A DNA stretch of 39,299 nucleotides, taken from an uncultured Opitutia bacterium. GTDB taxonomy: Bacteria > Verrucomicrobiota > Verrucomicrobiia > Opitutales > UBA953. Below the pieces are notes generated by a model. That model worked only from the letters and a program-made list of their open reading frames with translations. It did not search any database and had not been told where the DNA came from. The position numbers and the translations under genes are program-made. The stretch is from positions 1 to 39,299 of the forward strand of contig CAIKRN010000255.1 of assembly GCA_903829855.1 (NCBI GenBank), written 5' to 3'. Positions 35,762 to 39,299 of the stretch are shown here, piece after piece (within the stretch, counting starts at the first letter, position 1; each line of letters begins with the position of its first letter).

Positions 35762-37318
35762 ATGGCTCCCCAGTCCATCGCAATTCTCGATTTCGGCTCG
35801 CAGTTGACCAAGGTCATCGCCCGCCGCGTGCGCGAGTGCAACGTACACTCTCGCATCTACCCTTTCAGCGTCACCCCGGAGACTCTCCGTGCGGACGGCG
35901 TCGTCGGCGTCATCCTTTCAGGTGGCCCCGATAGCGTTAAAGCCAAGGGCTCGCCTCACCCTCACTCGGGTATTTTCGAGATGGGTTTACCCGTGCTCGG
36001 TATTTGTTACGGCGTTCAGCTGATGGGTCAGATGTTGGGCGGCAATGTCGCCAGCAGCTCCCACCGCGAATACGGTCATGGCGTGCTCTCCTTCCGCAAG
36101 GGCTCCCAACTTCTGCAGGGGCTCAAGTCACCCCTGCGGGTCTGGAATTCACACGGCGACAAAATTACCCGCCTACCTCGCGGCTTCAAGGCTGTCGCGG
36201 CCACGGAGAATTCCGAATGCGCCGTGATCGAGGATCCCAAGCGCCGCTTTTACGGAATCCAGTTCCACCCAGAAGTCGCCCACTCCGAACGCGGCATTGA
36301 TATTCTCCGTAACTTCCTTTTCCGCATCTGCCACTGTAAGGCGACCTGGAAGATGGATGATTACGTCGACACGGCGGTTCGCGAAATTCGCGAGAAAGTT
36401 GGCAACTCTCAGGTGATTCTAGGTCTTTCCGGCGGCGTGGATTCATCCGTCGCGGCGGCCCTCATTCAGCGCGCCATCGGCAAGCAGCTGACCTGCGTCT
36501 TTGTCGATAACGGCTTGCTGCGTCTCAACGAACGTGCCCAGGTCGAGAAGATGTTCCGCGGCAAGTTCAAGGTCGACCTCCGGGTCGTGGACGCCTCCGA
36601 GGTGTTCCTCCGAAAACTCAAGGGCGTCACCGACCCCGAGCGTAAGCGCAAGATTATCGGCCACGAGTTCATCAAGGTTTTCGAACGCTCCATCAAGGAG
36701 ATCCAGGGCAAGAAGAAGGGTAAGGTCGAGTTCCTCGCCCAAGGTACGCTGTATCCTGATGTCATCGAATCGCTTTCGCCCAACGGTGGCCCAGCTGCGA
36801 CGATCAAGAGCCACCATAATGTGGGCGGCCTGCCGAAGCATATGAAACTCAAGCTGCTCGAGCCCCTGCGCGAGCTCTTCAAGGATGAGGTGCGGGCCCT
36901 CGGGGAAGCCCTCGGCTTGCCCCATGACATGGTCTGGCGCCACCCCTTCCCGGGTCCTGGTCTCGCGGTTCGCGTCTGCGGTGACATTACCAAGGAGCGC
37001 CTAGAAGTCCTCCGGAAGGCTGACGATATTTTCATCAGTGAGCTTCGCACCTCCGGTCAATACGCCAAAGTCTGGCAAGCCTTCGCCGTTTTCCTCCCCG
37101 TCCGTAGCGTCGGCGTCATGGGCGACGGTCGTACCTATGACAATGTCTGCGCGCTCCGTGCAGTGACGTCTTCCGATGCGATGACCGCTGATTGGGCGCG
37201 CCTGCCGTACGATGTGCTCCAGCGTGCTTCGACCCGCATCATCAATGAGGTGAAGGGGATCAACCGCGTGGTGTATGACGTCTCTTCGAAGCCGCCAGCG
37301 ACCATTGAGTGGGAATAA
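35762..37318 (+). CDS. guaA: GMP synthase (glutamine-hydrolysing)
   Basis: 518 aa from ATG 35762 ([14 protein letters not shown]). GATase [20 protein letters not shown]-PPase [14 protein letters not shown]-terminal [31 protein letters not shown]. Confidence 0.97.
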   Translation: MAPQSIAILDFGSQLTKVIARRVRECNVHSRIYPFSVTPETLRADGVVGVILSGGPDSVKAKGSPHPHSGIFEMGLPVLGICYGVQLMGQMLGGNVASSSHREYGHGVLSFRKGSQLLQGLKSPLRVWNSHGDKITRLPRGFKAVAATENSECAVIEDPKRRFYGIQFHPEVAHSERGIDILRNFLFRICHCKATWKMDDYVDTAVREIREKVGNSQVILGLSGGVDSSVAAALIQRAIGKQLTCVFVDNGLLRLNERAQVEKMFRGKFKVDLRVVDASEVFLRKLKGVTDPERKRKIIGHEFIKVFERSIKEIQGKKKGKVEFLAQGTLYPDVIESLSPNGGPAATIKSHHNVGGLPKHMKLKLLEPLRELFKDEVRALGEALGLPHDMVWRHPFPGPGLAVRVCGDITKERLEVLRKADDIFISELRTSGQYAKVWQAFAVFLPVRSVGVMGDGRTYDNVCALRAVTSSDAMTADWARLPYDVLQRASTRIINEVKGINRVVYDVSSKPPATIEWE

Positions 37319-37333
37319 ACCGGGTTTGCCCCG

Positions 37334-37362
37334 TTGACAGTCCTTTCGCCCGACCTTACCTA
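37334..37362 (+). promoter_or_regulatory. Candidate sigma70-type promoter upstream of dnaX
   Basis: Perfect TTGACA at 37334-37339, a 17-nt spacer, then TACCTA at 37357-37362 (poor -10). By eye only. If used, the transcript would start at or within a few nt of the dnaX GTG (37370). Confidence 0.25.
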
Positions 37363-37369
37363 GAAGCCA

Positions 37370-38899
37370 GTGTCTGCACCCGGCTTCCAGGTCATCGCGC
37401 GCCGCTGGCGCCCCCGCCGTTTCGACGAACTGGTCGGGCAGGAGCACATCGTCAAAACGCTTCGCAATGCGCTCGAGACGAAGCGCATGGCCCACGCCTA
37501 TCTTTTCGTCGGTCCCCGTGGCACGGGTAAGACGACCACCGCCCGTATTCTCGCCAAGGCGCTTAATTGCGCCGGCGGCCCTAAGCCTGACTTCTCCCTC
37601 GACGACCCGGTTTGCCTAGCCATCGAGCAGGGTAACTGCCTCGACGTCATCGAGATTGACGGGGCTTCCAACCGAAAGCTGGAAGACGCCCAGAAGATCC
37701 GCGAGGAGTGCCAATTCGCTCCCGCCAACTGTCCCTTTAAGGTATTCATCATCGATGAAGTCCACCAGCTGACCAAGGAGGCATTCAATGCGCTGCTGAA
37801 GACGCTCGAAGAGCCGCCGCCCTGGGTGAAGTTCATTTTGGCGACGACGGAGGCCGACAAGGTTCTCCCGACGATTACTTCTCGCTGCCAGCGGCTCGAA
37901 TTTCACCCGATTTCCGAAGAAGTTATCGCCGCCCAGCTCGCCCGTATCGTTAAGGCTGACGGGGTTGATGCCGATACGCACGCGCTCACCGCTATCGCCC
38001 GTCTGGCCGGCGGCGGCATGCGCGACTCCCAGTCGATCCTGGATCAGGTCATTTCTTTTGCCGGAAAGAAGATCACGGAAGCCGACGTGCTTTCCATTTA
38101 CGGTTTAGCCTCTGCCCAGCAGGTGACAGAGCTTTGCCGGGCTATCTCGACGGGTGACGGCAAGACCGTCCTCAGCCTGTGCGACACCTTCCACGCTGAG
38201 GGACGAGATCTCTTACGAATCTTGGGCGACTTACAGGCCCGAGTCCGTTCCGCGACGCTGGCGGCCGTCCGCACTAATGGTACGAGTGCCTTACTTGGCG
38301 GCGAATTAGCCACCGAGCAGTTAGTCCGCTTGCTGGAATGCCTCCAAGAAGGCGAGCAGGGGATTCGCTCGGGGCTTTCGCCTCGAGCCAACTTTGAGGT
38401 GACGTTGCTCAAGGCCATCGAGCAAAGTAGATCGAGGTCAATAGATAGCCTCATTAAAGACATCGCCGCCGCCGCAGCTGGTCTCCCTCGGGAGCCCGGC
38501 CAAAAAAAAATAAAGCCAGCCGTAGCCTTGCCAGCGTCGCCTGAGCCGGCCGTTGTCGCTGTCCCTGCCGCCCTTGCGCCGACTCCTTCGCGGGTCGTCG
38601 ATGTGCCGATTGAGGATTCAGGATTACTGGAAGAATCTCTCCCTCCTTTAGATATTGAGGCCGCGGAAGCCGAAGCGAGCCATGCTAGCCGTCCTGAAGC
38701 CTTTGCTTTCCCAGATGCATCCATGCCGACCCAGCCTGTAGCTGAAATCGGTAAGACGGCCTTCCCCGGCGAAAAGGAATTCACGGATGCGGTCGAGGCA
38801 TTGCCTCCCGGCTTGAAGCAGAAACTCAGAGACACCATCGGCGCTGAGTTTACAGCGTTACGTCCAATCCCTGTCGGTAAACTTCGCCGTCCACTCTGA
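37370..38899 (+). CDS. dnaX: DNA polymerase III subunits gamma/tau
   Basis: 509 aa, GTG start. [84 protein letters not shown]. Confidence 0.95.
   Translation: MSAPGFQVIARRWRPRRFDELVGQEHIVKTLRNALETKRMAHAYLFVGPRGTGKTTTARILAKALNCAGGPKPDFSLDDPVCLAIEQGNCLDVIEIDGASNRKLEDAQKIREECQFAPANCPFKVFIIDEVHQLTKEAFNALLKTLEEPPPWVKFILATTEADKVLPTITSRCQRLEFHPISEEVIAAQLARIVKADGVDADTHALTAIARLAGGGMRDSQSILDQVISFAGKKITEADVLSIYGLASAQQVTELCRAISTGDGKTVLSLCDTFHAEGRDLLRILGDLQARVRSATLAAVRTNGTSALLGGELATEQLVRLLECLQEGEQGIRSGLSPRANFEVTLLKAIEQSRSRSIDSLIKDIAAAAAGLPREPGQKKIKPAVALPASPEPAVVAVPAALAPTPSRVVDVPIEDSGLLEESLPPLDIEAAEAEASHASRPEAFAFPDASMPTQPVAEIGKTAFPGEKEFTDAVEALPPGLKQKLRDTIGAEFTALRPIPVGKLRRPL
38502..38510 (+). other. A9 homopolymer in dnaX: candidate recoding site (transcriptional slippage or ribosomal frameshift)
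   Basis: Zero frame reads ggc caa aaa aaa ata aag (G377 Q K K I K). The +1 frame hits TAA at 38511-38513, immediately after the run. The -1 frame hits TGA at 38542-38544. GGGAG lies 7 nt upstream (38490-38494). This is the longest A run I noticed in this GC-rich window. Confidence 0.45.
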
Positions 38900-38901
38900 T
38901 C

Positions 38902-39299
38902 GTGGAGTCGTCGATTGAAGTCGGCGTCATTTCGGATACGCATGGCCGCCTTCGTGCCGAGGCTATCCTCGCCTTGGAGGGGTGCGATGTCATCTTCCAC
39001 GCAGGTGACGTTTGCGGTGCCTTAATTTTGCCGCAACTCTCGGAAATTGCTCCCTGCCATGGCGTCGCCGGGAATTGCGATGACGATGAAAGCCTGCCCT
39101 TAAGTAGCCTGCAAGTGATCGGCGGCCTACGTATCCTTACTCACCATGGGCACCTTCCATTGGATGAGCGGGCGTTGTGTCCCGATATCATCATCACGGG
39201 GCATACACACATCCCGAAAATCGAACAAGAGGGTGCCGTGCTGCGCGTAAACCCAGGCAGCGCTGGTCCGCGACGGTTTAACCTTCCCGTGACGGTCGC
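38902..39299 (+). CDS. YfcE/MJ0936-family metallophosphoesterase, N-terminal ~132 codons; 3' end lies outside the window
   Basis: Not in the ORF track because there is no stop in the window. My own translation from GTG 38902 is VESSIEVGVISDTHGRLRAEAILALEGCDVIFHAGDVCG...HGVAGNCDDD...LTHHGH...IIITGHTHIPK...VNPGSAG. It contains the calcineurin-like motifs DxH, GD, GNxD, H and GHTH in order. It starts 2 nt after the dnaX stop. Confidence 0.75.
   Translation, partial: MESSIEVGVISDTHGRLRAEAILALEGCDVIFHAGDVCGALILPQLSEIAPCHGVAGNCDDDESLPLSSLQVIGGLRILTHHGHLPLDERALCPDIIITGHTHIPKIEQEGAVLRVNPGSAGPRRFNLPVTV

Noticed and set aside
1-39299. Searched by eye for CRISPR repeats, IS or transposase and integrase genes, tRNA/rRNA genes, toxin-antitoxin pairs and defence-type genes.
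   Set aside because: None found. All gaps longer than 60 nt are accounted for above, and no direct-repeat array or tRNA-like cloverleaf sequence was noticed. A tRNA/ncRNA scanner and a repeat finder should confirm this.

Overview
This is a GC-rich bacterial chromosomal segment (about 60% G+C by eye, not computed). It is almost entirely housekeeping and falls into two blocks.

**Block A (nt 1-16719).** A partial SanA/DUF218-like gene on the + strand ends back to back with a tightly packed 11-gene array on the minus strand. In transcription order the array is: secreted TPR-like protein, sufE, ctaA, ctaB, 5-formyl-THF cyclo-ligase, a 1845-aa tandem-duplicated UvrA-family protein, a membrane-anchored transglutaminase-like protein, pdxJ, acpS, nnr, dprA.

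**Block B (nt 16892-39299, all + strand).** This is the str/S10/spc/alpha ribosomal-protein supercluster: rpsL, rpsG, fusA, rpsJ, rplC, rplD, rplW, rplB, rpsS, [extra ORF], rplV, rpsC, rplP, rpmC, rpsQ, rplN, rplX, rplE, rpsN, rpsH, rplF, rplR, rpsE, rplO, secY, map, rpsM, rpsK, rpsD, rpoA, rplQ. It ends in a strong intrinsic terminator. A small TM/zinc-ribbon ORF, guaA, dnaX and a partial YfcE-type metallophosphoesterase follow.

I found no tRNA, rRNA, CRISPR array, IS element, integrase or phage gene. I cannot point to a convincing multi-gene novel system. The window looks like core genome, possibly from the PVC group (Verrucomicrobiota-like), but that placement is inference only.

**Items worth a second look:**
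1. The single-chain double UvrA, whose two halves have lost different domains.
2. A signal-peptide ORF filling an abnormal 368-nt gap between rpsS and rplV.
3. An A9 run in dnaX with stops in both alternative frames, at the position where a gamma subunit would end.
4. A small TM plus zinc-ribbon ORF upstream of guaA.
5. A transglutaminase-like protein overlapping the pdxJ start by ATGA.
6. A SecY C-terminal extension containing an extra hydrophobic segment.
7. Low-complexity extensions on several ribosomal proteins.
8. G-poor leaders that mostly lack Shine-Dalgarno motifs.

Many long ORFs in the track are antisense shadows of real genes and were rejected.
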